64,000 bases of DNA from the NCBI RefSeq assembly GCF_018977255.1, contig NW_024704742.1, positions 103,046,001 through 103,110,000 on the forward strand, read 5' to 3'. The notes beneath the pieces are model-generated. The model was not told the DNA's origin and did not search any database. It was given only the letters and a program-made list of their open reading frames with translations. This stretch comes from Callorhinchus milii. Its lineage: Eukaryota. Positions within the stretch are counted from its first letter, which is position 1. Each line of letters starts with the position of its first letter. This document shows, piece after piece, positions 11,847 to 24,934 of the stretch. Both the position numbers and the translations under genes were made by a program.

Positions 11847-14286
11847 CAACAACAACAAGATTTCATTTATAGAGCGCCTTTCACATTGGGAGGACGTCCC
11901 AAGGCGCTGGACAGTTGGGTCGGGACCCAAGCAGGGGGGAAATGGTCAGGGTGAGGGAAGGGAGGGAGTGAGGAGGGGGTAGAGAGTCGAGAGGGGAGCT
12001 GAAGGCACGGTCAAAGAGAAAGGTCTTGAGACCGGCCTTGAAGGAGGAAAGGGAGGAAGCAAGGCGAAGGCACTGGGGGATGGAGTTCCAGAGCCTCGGG
12101 GCTGAGAGGCTGAAGGCCCGGCCACCGATGGTAGGGCGGTTGGGGCGGGGGATGTGGAGCAGACCGGAGCCAGAGGAACGGAGGGTACGGGCAGGTAAGT
12201 AGGGGGATAGTAGGTCGGAGAGGTAGGAGGGAGCAAGGCCGTGAATGGCCTTGTAGGTGAGGATGAGGATCTTGAATTCGATCCTCTGGGGGATGGGGAG
12301 CCAGTGGAGGCGAGCGAGGGTGGGAGTGATGTGGTCCCGAAGCCTGGTGCGGGACAGTACACGAGCTGCAGAGTTCTGAATGACCTGCAGCTTGTGGAGG
12401 GAGGTGCCGGGAAGGCCGGCGAGGAGAGAGTTCCCATAGTCCAGCCTTGAGGTGATAAAGGCGTGGACCAGAGTTTCAGCAGCGTGAGGGGTGAGGTAGT
12501 GCCGTAGTCTGGCGATATTCCGGAGGTGATGGAAGGCGGTGCCAGTTGTGGTGCGGATATGAGGGAGAAAGGACAGCTCAGGGTCGAACAGAACCCGAGG
12601 TTCCTGACTGGCTTTGAGAGGTGGAGAGTGCAGCCTTGGATGCTGATGCTGTCAGCGCCTGAGGTGCGGAGGCGCTGACGTGAGCCAATCAGGAGGGCCT
12701 CAGTTTTGCGCACGTTGAGCTGAAGAAAGTTGTCTCTCGTCCAGGACTCGATGTCGGACAGGCAGCTGTCAGGACATCGGTGGTCGTGGAGTTGAGGGTA
12801 GAGGAGGAAAGGTAGAGTTGGGTGTCATCCGCATACATGTGGAAGTTAACCCCATGTCTGCGGATGATGTCACCGAGGGGGAGCATATAGAGGGTGAAGA
12901 GGAGGGGACCGAGGACAGAGCCCTGAGGGACACCACACGAGACAGTGCGGGGGGTGGAGGAAAAGCCGTTTGTGGAAACAAAATGAAGACGGTGGGAGGT
13001 ACGACCTAAACCACTCAAGGACAGGGCCTTGAAGGTTGAGGTGGGAGGACAAGCGGTGGAGGAGGATAGCGTGGTCGACCGTATCGAATGCTGCCGATAG
13101 GTCGAGGAGGACGAGGAGGCAGAGGGAGCCCTGGTCACAGATGGTCAGGATGTCATTGGTGACCTTGACCAGGGCAGTTTCTGTGCTATGGGCAGCACGG
13201 AAACCCGACTGAAGGGGTTCGAATAATGAATGGGTGGAGAGGAAAGAGCGCAGCTGGGAGGCGACAACTCTTTCAAGGACCTTGGACAGGAAGGGGAGGT
13301 TGGAGATGGGCCGGTAGCTTGATAGCTGCGACGCATCAAGGGAGGGTTTTTTCAAGGTGGGAGTGATGGTGGCAGTTTTTAGGGAATGGGAAAAGAGCCA
13401 GAGGAGAGGGACAGGTTGATGATGTCTGTGAGAAGTGGGGCAAGGAGGTGGAGCTGGGAGATAAGGAGTGGAGTGGGGATGGGGTCAAGGGAGCAGGTGG
13501 TGGGTTTCAGGGACAGGATGAGGTTGGTGACAGAGGGTGGGGAAACGGGTTCGAAGGTGTGTAGGGGAGGATGGGTAGGAGTCGGAGTGTGGGAGGGAAG
13601 GGGTGGGGTGGGTGGAAGTTGGAGGGGAAGTGACCGCGGAGCGGATTCCCTTGATTTTGGATTCAAGGAAATCCAGCATCTCCTCGCAGTGAAGGTTGGA
13701 GGAGATGACCTGCGCGGGGTGGCGGGGGGACGGAGGAGTCGGGATGTGGTAGAGAACAGAAGCCTGGGGTTGTTCTTCGCCTCCAGGATTATCCTGGAGT
13801 AGGACGACGACTTGGCTGAGGCTAGAGTGGAGCGGTAGATTTTGAGGAGGTCCAGCCAGATTTGTCGGTGGACCGTTAGGCCAGATTTGAGGCAGGTGCG
13901 TTCAGCGGCTCTTCAGTGAGTGGAGGTGGGTGGTGAACCAGGGGGAGGAGCGAGAGTAGGAGACAGTACGGGAGGTGATGGGGGCAAGAGTGTCGAGTGT
14001 GGAGGAGAGGGTGTTGTGGAGGAGGGTGAGAGCAGAAGAGGGGTCAGTGAGGGTTGAAGGCCAGAGGGAGAGGAGTTCAGAGGACTCCAAGGCAGCGGTT
14101 AGGGATTGTGGGGGTAACTCCTTCCAGGGGCGGTAGAAGATGGTGGTGGGCCTGGTGGAGGTGGGGTGGGGGTGGTGAAGGAGATGAAGTGGTGATCGGA
14201 GACGGCCTTGTCGGTAATGATGACATCCGAGACACTGAGGCCCCGAGTGATCACCAAATTGAGTGGGTGGCCGTGACTGTGAGTTT
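11847..14286 (-). mobile_element. 5'-truncated L2 LINE, about 2.4 kb (end of APE endonuclease, RT, 3' tail), frameshifted
   Basis: [91 protein letters not shown]; (caa)n tail at 11847. Confidence 0.97.
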
Positions 14287-15812
14287 TGGATCCTTTGCTT
14301 GCAAGCATGGCTGCAATGGGTACAGCTAGTATATATTTATATAGTTTTTCTGCTGGAGATAGTGTCTTTTGGAAGAAACTCTTAACAACAATAACTTGCA
14401 TTTATATATTATGGACTATATGTTTAGGGGTGAAAGACCCTGGGGAGAATGTGAAATGTGAAAGAAGCAGGCTTGATGATTCTTGTTCAAAGGTTTCTTA
14501 TAATGACAGGGAAATGTACAAATAGAGAGAAAGATAAGATCAGAAATAGTGTGACACTCCGACACATTGTGGCTTCCCAGCAAGAGGCAAACTCCCAAAC
14601 CATTAGTGAGCGAGAAAGAAGTAGAGATACAGAGACAGACATAAACAGATGGATAGACAGAGAGAAACCTGTGCAGATGTACATATAGAGAGTCAAACAC
14701 ATACGCAGAGTAAGGCACGTACATGGGTAGCAAGACACTCACAGGAACTTCCAAATTTGGGGTGTGTGCACAAAGGTGTTAAATGATCAAAATTGCATAG
14801 AGGTACATAGAACAGAACAGAAACGGGCCATTTGGGCCAAATAGTCCGTGACAGTAAAATCTGTGCTATTCTGAACCTTTTATGTGTATTATCAAAATAT
14901 AATTGACAATAAATTTGGCAATCAATTCCCCCTACCTCCCCTTCCCTCACCCTCCATTCGCTTGCTGGCTCATCTCAGGAATTTATAGGGAGAGATTCAC
15001 ATACCCAAAACGTTGACTGACGCACTTCACCTTCGAAATGAAGGTGCAAAACGGTTTTATAATGTAACCTGTTCTACAGAGGTCAAAGCAGGTGTTCAAC
15101 AGAGCACGTTTGAAGATTATTCAGGGAAGTGTTTATATAGTTTGTGTCTGCCTGAATTTTGAATGATGAGAACACCATGTTGCAGGAATGCAGGGACAGA
15201 GGTTAATGGGCCTGTCTGTCACAGGAAGCTCTCTGCTCTGTGGCTTTTGACAGTCGGAGAAAATGACTCATTCCAAATTCTGAAGGGACGTCGTCACTCT
15301 GCTGGGGTGATTTTCAGAGAGGCAGAGTTCCTGGAAAAAACCTCCATTGAAAGGCAGCTGGAAGTCTGCCGTGCTAGCTACTGTGCAAACTCTTGTTTGT
15401 TTGTTAGTTAGTATTCCACTGATTTTTAAACAGTTGTCAGGCCAACCGACCAAGGGATGTGTTAACGGAATGGAAGAAGCGCTATGTGATATGATAATTA
15501 TCACTGGTGATAATTACCACTCCTGTGTGCTTTCTGTGTCATCGCTTCAGCAAATACTGGTTTAATTCAGTTAAGCTGGTATTCCCCAATCAGACATTGA
15601 AATAACGGGGAATTGAAATTGAAAGGTGCCACGCCTGACTCAGTGATTGCAGAAACCTGCTTTACAGTAAAACTATTTGAACAATACTGTTGGGGGAGGG
15701 GTGGTGAGGAAGAAGATATCCCCCACAGTAACTCTCATTTCTGACACCCCAGCAGCAGAATTTCCTAGAGACATGATAACCGTCACTGCTAGCTCCAAAC
15801 AAGGAAATATTT

Positions 15813-16144
15813 GTGGAGTCCTGTAGCTCAGTGGTTGGAGCACTCGCTTTGCAAGCGAGAGACCCAAGTTCAATCCCCGGCAGGTCAGGGCGAAACCTTG
15901 GGCAAGTTTCCTTACTCCACACAGAGCCTAATAATAATCCCTCCAAAACCCAAAACAATAATAAATTGGTCATTTTCAACCCACGACTGTTTGTGGGACA
16001 TTGCTGTGCGCAATTGGCTGCCGCATTCGCCCACAAATATACAGTCAATTCACTTTACAGTGTGTTCTGTGAAGCGCTTTGGGACGTCCTCCCGACTTGA
16101 AAAGCGCTATATCAAATGCAAGGATTATTATTATTATTATTATT
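15813..16144 (+). mobile_element. tRNA-Ala SINE, young short subfamily
   Basis: Full copy with A/B boxes, TGC arm and (tta)n tail. Confidence 0.95.
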
Positions 16145-17059
16145 GCAAATATCCTGTTATTTTGTATATTATCTTGTACTGGACTTCCTGTTACTGGAAG
16201 GATTTCTCATTCATCTTCCATATTAAATAATGACATCAAAAATCACAGTATATTAAGCCCTCTTATTTGTCTAATAGTCTAGTTACACTAGAATCGCATC
16301 CTTTTGCATTTACACAAACCATTCCTCCTGGGTTCCACAGTTCATCTCCCCAAGTGAAGCATGTCCCAAGTCAGGGAAGTGCCAATCTGCACAGAGCAAG
16401 ATTTAAGAGGTACGTCTCTTAGGCATTTGCCTTCTTCCCCTGTACATAGGAATCCTTGTGCTGTTTGAGAGCTAAGTATCCATTTAGAGATGACCCCCTT
16501 TATCAGATATGCTTTGTCAGTTTTGTGGCCTGGCATTCAGAGGAAGTGTAATCTTTACAGTTTGATATTGCACCTTTCATGCTGGGAGGATGTCTCAAAC
16601 CACTTCACAGGATTATTTTAAAAGGTAGTGACTGTGCATTTTGTAGGCTTGACTTTAGTTGATTATTCCATCTTGGGGCGCGAAAGATAAACCAGGAGCT
16701 GCCTCACACAAGCACATATAATGGCTGAGCATGGAGCAACACTGAAACAATTCACTCTGAGCCCCAGATAGCTTTGATGCACCCAAATGGACTGTTGCGT
16801 GCCACAGATTTAATACATTTACACAGAAGGTCCTGTTTGAAAGTTAGTATTTTCCTCATACCAAGAGCAGCTATTTACAGCTCCACGACAGTCTTATTTG
16901 TGGTATTTCTTCATGAGATTCCTTATCAGCACCACCAATTAAGGGCTCCTTCTGACTCAACTCTGACTCAATCGGACATATAACATTTGCAACTTTGAAT
17001 TTTGGCACCTATACTTTTACAGTCAGGTCCACTCGTTGATTAAACATCACCTGTTTGGT

Positions 17060-17345
17060 AATAATAATAATACTAATGCTTGACTTTGATGGAGCACCTT
17101 TCATATTGAGAGGATGTCTCAAAGCGCTCCACAGGATTTACTGGAAAGTGCAATGATTGTGTATTTGTAGGCTAACGCGACAGCCAATTTGTGCACAGCA
17201 ATGTCCCACTACAGCTATGAAATGAATGACCATTTTTATCAGGGAGATTTTTGGTCAGGAAACAGGATAATCTCTCTTTGCTTTTGAATAGTACCATGGG
17301 ATCTTTAACAAATCACCTGGTCAGGCAAACAGAACTTCAGGTTAA
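17060..17345 (-). mobile_element. Deu-domain SINE fragment
   Basis: Reverse complement of Deu body (cagccaatttgtgcacagcaatgtccca; gtaccatgggatctttaac) and tail. Confidence 0.65.
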
Positions 17346-17364
17346 CTTAACAATTGGATATGGG

Positions 17365-17595
17365 TTTAGAGTTGCAAAGGGTAATTTCAAGACAGGTACC
17401 AGGAAGTGTTTCTTTACCCAGAGATTAACAACTGTAACAGGTTTCACAGAAGTGGGGGTCAGACCAGGATACTAGACTCATTTAAAAAGCAGCTTGATGT
17501 TGTCATGCGGGGACAGAAGGGTGGGTGTTGCTGGAGGGATGAGATTGGATGGGCCGAAGTGCTCTCTTCATCCAGACCAATCTAGTGATCCTGTA
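17365..17595 (+). mobile_element. CR1 3' fragment
   Basis: Encodes GFRVAKGNFKTGTRKCFFTQR (CR1 ORF2 C-terminus), followed by gatgggccgaag 3'UTR. Confidence 0.65.
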
Positions 17596-17749
17596 ACTTT
17601 GGGATGTTGTGAGAGCCTGATAGTATTGTCTAGATGTAGCCATAGGAAAAGTGAAAACTTTCAGTCAAAATATTGGTAATGTTGTAGGAAAGATAACAAG
17701 TCAACAAGCTAATCTCAGGATTAACATGCATACGTGTTTACTCAAACGC

Positions 17750-18287
17750 ACTCCTCGCCGATGTCCCCAGCTCCACTATTCACAAGATCCAGCTCATTCA
17801 GAACTCTGCCGCCCGTATACTGACCTGGACCAAACTCCGTACCCATATATCACCAGTTCTGGCCAGGCTCCACTGGCTCCCCATCACCAAACGGATCGAC
17901 TTCAAGATCCTCACTGTCGTGTTCAAATTCCATTCACTCTCTGGCACCTCCCTACCTCTCCGACCTCCTCACTCCCCAATCCACCACCCGGCGTCTCCGC
18001 TTGACTGACACAGGCCTCCTGCTCATCCCTAGCATCCTCCGCCCCACCATCAAAAGTCGCCCTTTCAGCCACTACTCCTTGAAACTCTGGAACACTTGCC
18101 CTCAATCCCTCCGCCTTGCCCCCTTTCTTTTTTCAAGTCACGCCTGAAAACCTTCCTCTTCGACCGTGCTTACAGCCAAATGCCCTGCCCCCAACCCCCC
18201 TGCTAGGAGTCAGGCTCTGCTATTGTTAAGCGCTCTGAGACGCTACCCTGCATGGAGAGAGTTATATAAGTGCAAGTTGTTGTTGTT
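17750..18287 (+). mobile_element. L2 LINE 3' fragment, second L2 family
   Basis: cagaactctgccgccc, ctccactggctccccatc, gacttcaagatcctc; tail aagcgctctgagacgctaccctg..tgcaagttgttgttg. Confidence 0.85.
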
Positions 18288-21200
18288 ATACATGCATACA
18301 TAGCAAGAGCAAATTGTGTACCCTAAGATTAGTTTGCACCCTTGAATTCACTTGAAGGTATTGGTTATATTGTTGACATGTACTGTGAAGCTGTTGGAAT
18401 GATTTTGTTTCAGTGCCTCTGAATCAGTGGGAATCTAAAGAGCTTCTTTGTTAAGGAAACAAGACCTTAAAGTACCCAAACTAGGCCACCTCTCTTTGTG
18501 GCCTGGTCTCACCATCTGGATATATCTGTGTCTCGGCAATAAGTTTTCACCAGTCGTTCATGCTTTCTGTGAGCTAGCAGTTATCTTTCACTGAGAATGA
18601 ACAAAAGTAATAACAATGAACCCTGCATTTGATATAGACTTTTAACAGCAGGTGGTCGCTCATAGGATTTACTGTAAAGTGTGGTGACTGGAAGCAAAAC
18701 TCTGCAGCTATTTGCACACAACCATCAGCTCCGAAGTGAATGAACAGTTTTATCTGGGGGATTGTTGGCCAGGACACTGGGAGAAGCCGACATCCTCAAA
18801 AATGAACATAGAACATAACCAGCCCCAAGATCTCTGTCCAATTCCAGCCAAGTAATTTAATTTCTCCACTTCATCTTACCCTATGTAGAGCAGGGACTTG
18901 AGGAGAGCATGCAGCAGTCAATGATCCCAGTGCCATCTCTTTCTTGGGAAGGGGAAAGTACAGACATTCCCAACTTAATATAAACTGAATCATCCCTCCC
19001 GATCAATCAGGAGAGATAAACACATCCACAAAAAAGTCAATAAATATGGGCAATATAAAGAACTCTGCTTTTATGTCAGATCTCTGGCTCTGTTTCCAAG
19101 GCAACATTTAAGCACACTGCACATTATCAGCAAGGTTTTAAAAGTAAAGAAGGAGGCGGCAGAGCAGGAGCAAGCCACATAGTTCAATAGCAAGCCAAAT
19201 AATGAGGAAAACAACTAAGAAATGTGGTGGTGGAATGGCAGGATCATATGCCAAGGGAAGTTTTAAAACATTTGTGCTATAATTTCTGATGTAGTTTGAC
19301 CTCCTAGGTTCGATGCAATGTAAAACCGCCCAGCTAACTTCTAATAGTCAGCACTTTTTCCACCATTTTTGAGAAGGAAAGAAAATCCAACAACCTTCCC
19401 TGCTGACTCACCCACACCACAAAATCCCTGGAAAATTATGACATTTAGTCAGAGTTTTACAGCATGATTCAAGCATGATTCAAAACCCAGCTTTCTGCTG
19501 AGCCTCCCATATCTCATTCTGTGGAGGTATTGCAGGCAGGTAGAAGGTTCCCCTCCTCTTTAAAAAGACGTGACATGCAACTGCGTGTCTTCATCCCTAT
19601 TGTAAAGAAATCAATTGCAGAATAAATTTACTTTTCAGGCTCTGGCATTTACCAGCTAATAGATGTTGCAGTAGCCAAAACAGTTTTGCCTTTGCCTGTC
19701 AAGAGGTGCCTTGTGGGTTGGTGTTTACCCTTCACATTGTCTATACTGGCAAACAATCATTCACTTCGTGACATTTTGTAGCACCTGTGTGCCAAAATTG
19801 GCTCTCGTTTTACCTACAAATATAGTCTCTACACGTGACAGCAATTGGCTGTGAAGGATTTTGAGATATTTAGGCATTATAGATGTTATATCAAATGCGA
19901 AGACTATTTTATTATTAATAATAATTATCCTTGCCTGCTGCATAGAGCCCTTCAATTGCTGGTTTACAGTGAATGATGTAATCATTTGAATATAGACCAC
20001 CTATATATAGCATTGATGTAAATGAACCAAATGGAATAATACAAAAAGGATTTGAGGAAAGAACAGAGAATTGGAATTAGGTATGTAATTTCAACAACAA
20101 GCAGTTTATAGGCCCTTCATGCATGGAAGTGTCTCAGAATGCCTAAATGGAGAATCACAAGCATAGGGTTTACAGTCTTCTTCTGTGCTGATTCAATGTT
20201 TTAATACAAATTTATGTTGCATGTTAGGATATATTACGAACATCTAAGCACAGATTCATTTTTGAAAAGTCTGCAGTGATTTTGTCACAATTATAATCCT
20301 AATTAATACTTAGGTTTTGCATAGCACCTTTCATATTGGGAAGACATCTTAAAACTCTAATGTAAACTGGCTCCCAGCTACTGAGAGAGAGACTAACAGT
20401 ATCGTTATGAAGAAGACACAAGCAACTACAAAGTAAAGGGAACTTGCAGTGCTTTGTCAACATATTGGAAATAACATAGGAGTATTAACCAGGTGAAAAA
20501 GGCATCCCATGATCCAGATGACAACATACAATAGAAGAGCAAAATTCTAACTGTGTGATTAGTTTATTTGTCCATTGTGGACCTGTGCTATGCTGGGAGT
20601 GCATTTCACATAAGCGACGGATGAAAATATTTGTTCAGGTGGCTGAGTAAATCTCAGTTAAGGGGCCAGTCCATTTGAAGACAGGTGAGCCATTTGCTTG
20701 ACTGACAGATCCATTGGCCAATCAAAATGAAAACACCCCAATGAGCAACCCATTGGAGCGGAAGTGGGTAGGCACTGCCGATGAGTCGGGAAAGGGGCAA
20801 GAGGGAGCCCACGCGGGCAGCAGGCTGGGGCTGCTCGGAGGACTGTGAAATGCTTTGAGACATTTCAATGACGTGATAGGGCTCTATATCAAATAAGAGG
20901 ATTATTATTTATCATTATTATTAATTATTATTGCAATGTTGCCAATATATTGACAACGGGTTTGAAGTTTGCTTTAGCTCTGTGGTTGCTTGTGTCTGCT
21001 TCACAACAATACTATCAAGCTCTCTGAATCACTGGGAGACAGTTTGCATCAATTATGTTTTCAGATATTTATGAACTCCAGCAGCAACAAATAATACGAT
21101 TACCCAATGTAGCTGTGAAGGAAGTTCCTAATATCTGTTATCCTCCATATAGTTGATGCTAGCTGCTTGGAGTTTGGGGAAGAAGGCTTTGATTCAGCCT

Positions 21201-21715
21201 CACCCATTTGAAACTGTCTCCTTCATTCTTGTTTACAATTGTAGCTACTATTTATGTATGTTTGCCTACAAATACATAGTCACTATACTTTACAGTAAAA
21301 TTAATTTTTGTTTGGTCAGCCAGGTGTTTGACACATGTGGAAACCCATCACAGTGTTTAAGAAACTAAACCAAACCAAACTGGAACACTTGGAGCAGCAC
21401 CTCGGCTTTCTACAGAGTACGCCTGGGGCAGCCCTCACTCCCTTCACCTCCTGTGTGTGATGCCCTCTCTCGGACACTGGCTCTGAATTGTGGGATTCAC
21501 TAAAGGATTTAAGAATAGTGGATCCCAGATATCTTCCGGGTGACCCTCAATAAATTCCAACATCTATGAAGGTGGAGTCTGTTTGGTGTTCTTAAGAGAT
21601 GGCATTGGCATACTCATAGTTCAATATTTCCTAATACTTTTGAAAATGTAGATTCTAGTGCCATTAACAGAAACTCTAACCCACTTATGATGATGTTTGT
21701 GGAGTCCTGATGTTT

Positions 21716-22038
21716 GTGGAGTCCTGTAGCTCAGTGGTTAGAGCACTCGCTTTGCAAGTGAGAGACCTGAGTTCAATTCCAGGCAGAGGGCGAAACCTTG
21801 GGCAAGTTTCCTTACTCCACACGCCTAATAATAATCCCTCCAAAACTAAAAACAATAATTAAATTGGTCATTTTCAATCTACGACTGTTTGTGGGACATT
21901 GCTGTGCGCAATTGGCTGCCGCGTTCGCCCACAAATATACAGTCAATTCACTTTACAGTGTGTTCTGTGAAGCGCTTTGGGACGTCCTCCCGACGTGAAA
22001 AGCGCTATATCAAATGCAAGGATTATTATTATTATTAT
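21716..22038 (+). mobile_element. tRNA-Ala SINE, young short subfamily
   Basis: Full copy with CpGs retained. 17-bp duplication at the 5' junction; atgtt on both flanks. Confidence 0.95.
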
Positions 22039-22060
22039 GTTCAGAATCTATCAAGCTCAA

Positions 22061-23004
22061 GAACATAATATAAGAATGAAGGTCCATCTAGTTTGCCTTC
22101 CACCATCCTGGAAGTCGCTTGACATGTTGTGTCCCAAACTATATACTGTATTCTGAGATATTATTTTATTAGAAATCTATCTAATTTGTTCTTGAAATAA
22201 ATGACATTTTCTGCTTCCACTGTCTCCCTAGGGAGCCTGTTCCATAAATTTACTACTTGCTCACTGAAGTAGTGTTTCCACAGATTTGTTCTGAATTTAC
22301 CCCCCTTCAATCGCAAGCTATGTCTTCTGGTTCTACAGTTCATTACAAGATGAAACAGCTTATCATGGTCTACATTATCTATTTTCTTCAGAATCTAAAA
22401 AACGCAATCATATTGCCCCTCAACCTTCTCTTCTCCAGTGTGAACAGGCCCAGTTTACCTAATCACTCCTCATAATCCAGTCCCTCCATCCCCTCAATTA
22501 TTTTGGTTGCCTTCCTCTGTATCCTCTCAATCGCCGCAATATCCTTTTTATATTGCATTGACCAGAACTGCACACTAGTCCAAGTACAGTCACACCAGTG
22601 ATTTATAAAGTAGCAGGATTACCCCACTATTTTGGCTCAATGTTGCCCTTTTAATATAGCCTAGCATCTGGTTTGCCTTACTCACTTCTATCGAGCTCTG
22701 TTGGGATAGCTTCAATTTATTATTAATCAGGATCTCCTGGTCCTTTTCATTTGCTATATAAATTATTTTCTTACCATTTAAATAATAGTTCCTCCCTGGA
22801 TTTTTTGTCCCCATGTGAAGGACCTTGCATTTCTCTACATTAAATTTCATATGCCATCGACCTGCCCAAGCCCCAAGAATTTTCAAGTCCTTCTGTAACC
22901 TATCCTGTTCATCTTTGCAGTCGACCACCTTCATTAGCTTTGTGTCATCTGCAAATTTAGCCACTGTGCTTGTGACTCTTAGCTCCAAGTCATTTATGAA
23001 GATC
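22061..23004 (-). mobile_element. CR1 LINE 3' ~0.95 kb (RT C-terminus and 3'UTR)
   Basis: FINDL..KFADDTKL..LQKDL..KFNVEKCKVLHMG..KANQMLGYIKR..LYKSLV; TRRHSLRL..YFSEQVVNLWNRLP. Confidence 0.95.
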
Positions 23005-24934
23005 ATGAGACTCCTTGTTTCAGTTATTCCCACTGCACCCTTTTGCAATAGATACAATTTTAAAAAAATGAATGTTATTGACATGGGGGAATTAGCTAAG
23101 ATGAATCTCTAAGTCTGACTTTGAAAAAAAAAAGGTTTAATCTTAGTAATGGAAGCCATTAGGCTGTAGTGCGTGACAGCTAACCAACGTCAGGTTCCTG
23201 AGCTGACTCACATGCTAAGCTCAGTGATTCCTCCTGATCGATACCACAGATGACGTTAGTTGTTTCAGTGGAACCACACCCCAACATGAGTCACTGACTT
23301 CAGGAGAGGAGAGGCCAAAGGGAGGAAGTTAGACGGGAAAATGAGAAAGCCAAAATAAAGAATTCCCTTCCCAACTTAAACAAATAAAAATGGGAAAAAT
23401 ATGTGGTACTTAAAGTGACAATTAGTACCAATGTTAATTATCGCATCCCACATATCCCCCGCGCCCACCCAAGTTACTTATTGTTGGAGTCCCTGCTCTT
23501 TCTACCTCAGCAACGATACAGGAAGGATTGGGAATCATTCCCATAAGATTTAATTAGTTACTTGTAAAAAAAAAAGTTCCGACAAGTTCACACCATGCAA
23601 ACTATTGTTGCTGTTTAATAGGCTGCTGAAAGTAGACTTAAAGCCGCTGAGACCAGAAGTCACTTCCAGCTGCTGAGCCCTGAGGAGAAATCTACATATA
23701 TAGCAACTAGAACAGCCATAGTCCATAACATACCTACCTTGAATAATTTTGCTTTGTGATTTTTTGGTATAATACCTTTGTATAATTGCAAACCCTGAAG
23801 CCATTAAACAACTGTATGCCAAACAACTTTTGATTGTTATAGGAGAGAAGGGAATAGAGGGATGTAAGAGAGGGGAACAGGAGTGGTGGAGACTTGTGTT
23901 TCGCCCACAAAATACACAGTCAATCCACTTTACAATATATTCTGAAGCACTTTGAGACGTCTCAACAATGTGTTAAGGTGCTATATCAAACGGAAGGATT
24001 ATTATTATTATTATATTGTGTGGAGTATAAATAGAGTCACAGACTGGTTGGGCTGAGTGGCCTGTTTCCATGGTCTATGTAACTCTATGTAAGTCGCTAT
24101 TGATTAACAGCTTGGACTAGCCATATGAGGAGCTGTAGTGTAACATGGACTGTTACTGCAATTCTTTGGCTAAGGCCCTTTTTTTATGTTTATCTTTGAC
24201 CTTGTGGCCTCAATGCTCGCTTTGACTTATTCACTTTTAGTAACGCACACGTCAGTGGGAGGAGGGAAGGGTGAGGTCCCGTGTTGGATGTAGTATTAAC
24301 CATGCAATAATGAACAATTACTTCCAGTAAGTGCTTCCAGTGGTTGCTTAGGAACACACTGGTGGGCAGCAATGTGTAATCTAACTAGACAGGAATGTTC
24401 AGTTTCTATTGATGAGTAAATCTATGTGATTGTGACAGGTAAGGAATTGCAGAGAGCGAAGAGCTCTCACAGTGATCCACCCAAAAGAATCAGATTCAAT
24501 TCCCTCAGCGGATCAATAAGGAAGAGCTTGAACAAGCTGTATAACACTTTCTCAAAGTACATCTGGATTCTGTTCCTCTATGCCTGGCACTAGTAAGGCA
24601 AGAGTGCTGGGAAATTTTGTCCTCTGGGTTTGTGCAGTGCCCTTGTTTTTAAAAAGATAGGCAAATAATAATGCTTGCTTTTGATATGGGGCCTAACGAT
24701 ATAATGTCTCAAATTGCTTCAAAGTGTATTGACTGCCTTTCCATAGAAGAAGTTGAAAGTCAATCCATTTCTCCGCAGCGATCTCCCTCCTCGTAGTTCG
24801 CCCTCCCACCCCTGTTCAGGCTACCAGTTAGTTGTGAGAAACATTTTGAGACATCGTCCTAATGTTAAAGTTGCTATATAAAGGTAACTTTTTGTTTTGT
24901 TGCAAATTACTCACATCCACAACAGGATTGCAAC

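Noticed and set aside
11946..13802. Long Pro/Ser-rich or Gly/Glu-rich ORFs
   Set aside because: Alternative frames and antisense of C-rich L2 sequence.
15813..15890. tRNA-Ala(TGC) genes at SINE heads
   Set aside because: No proper acceptor stem, and each continues into a SINE body and tail.
15662..16230. 95-139-aa ORFs recurring at 15811, 48827, 59182 and elsewhere
   Set aside because: Translations of SINE copies. The poly-Y/I ends are the (TTA)n tail.
21330..21605. Possible solo LTR (aataaa near 21549)
   Set aside because: Single copy in the window, with no defined ends or TSD.
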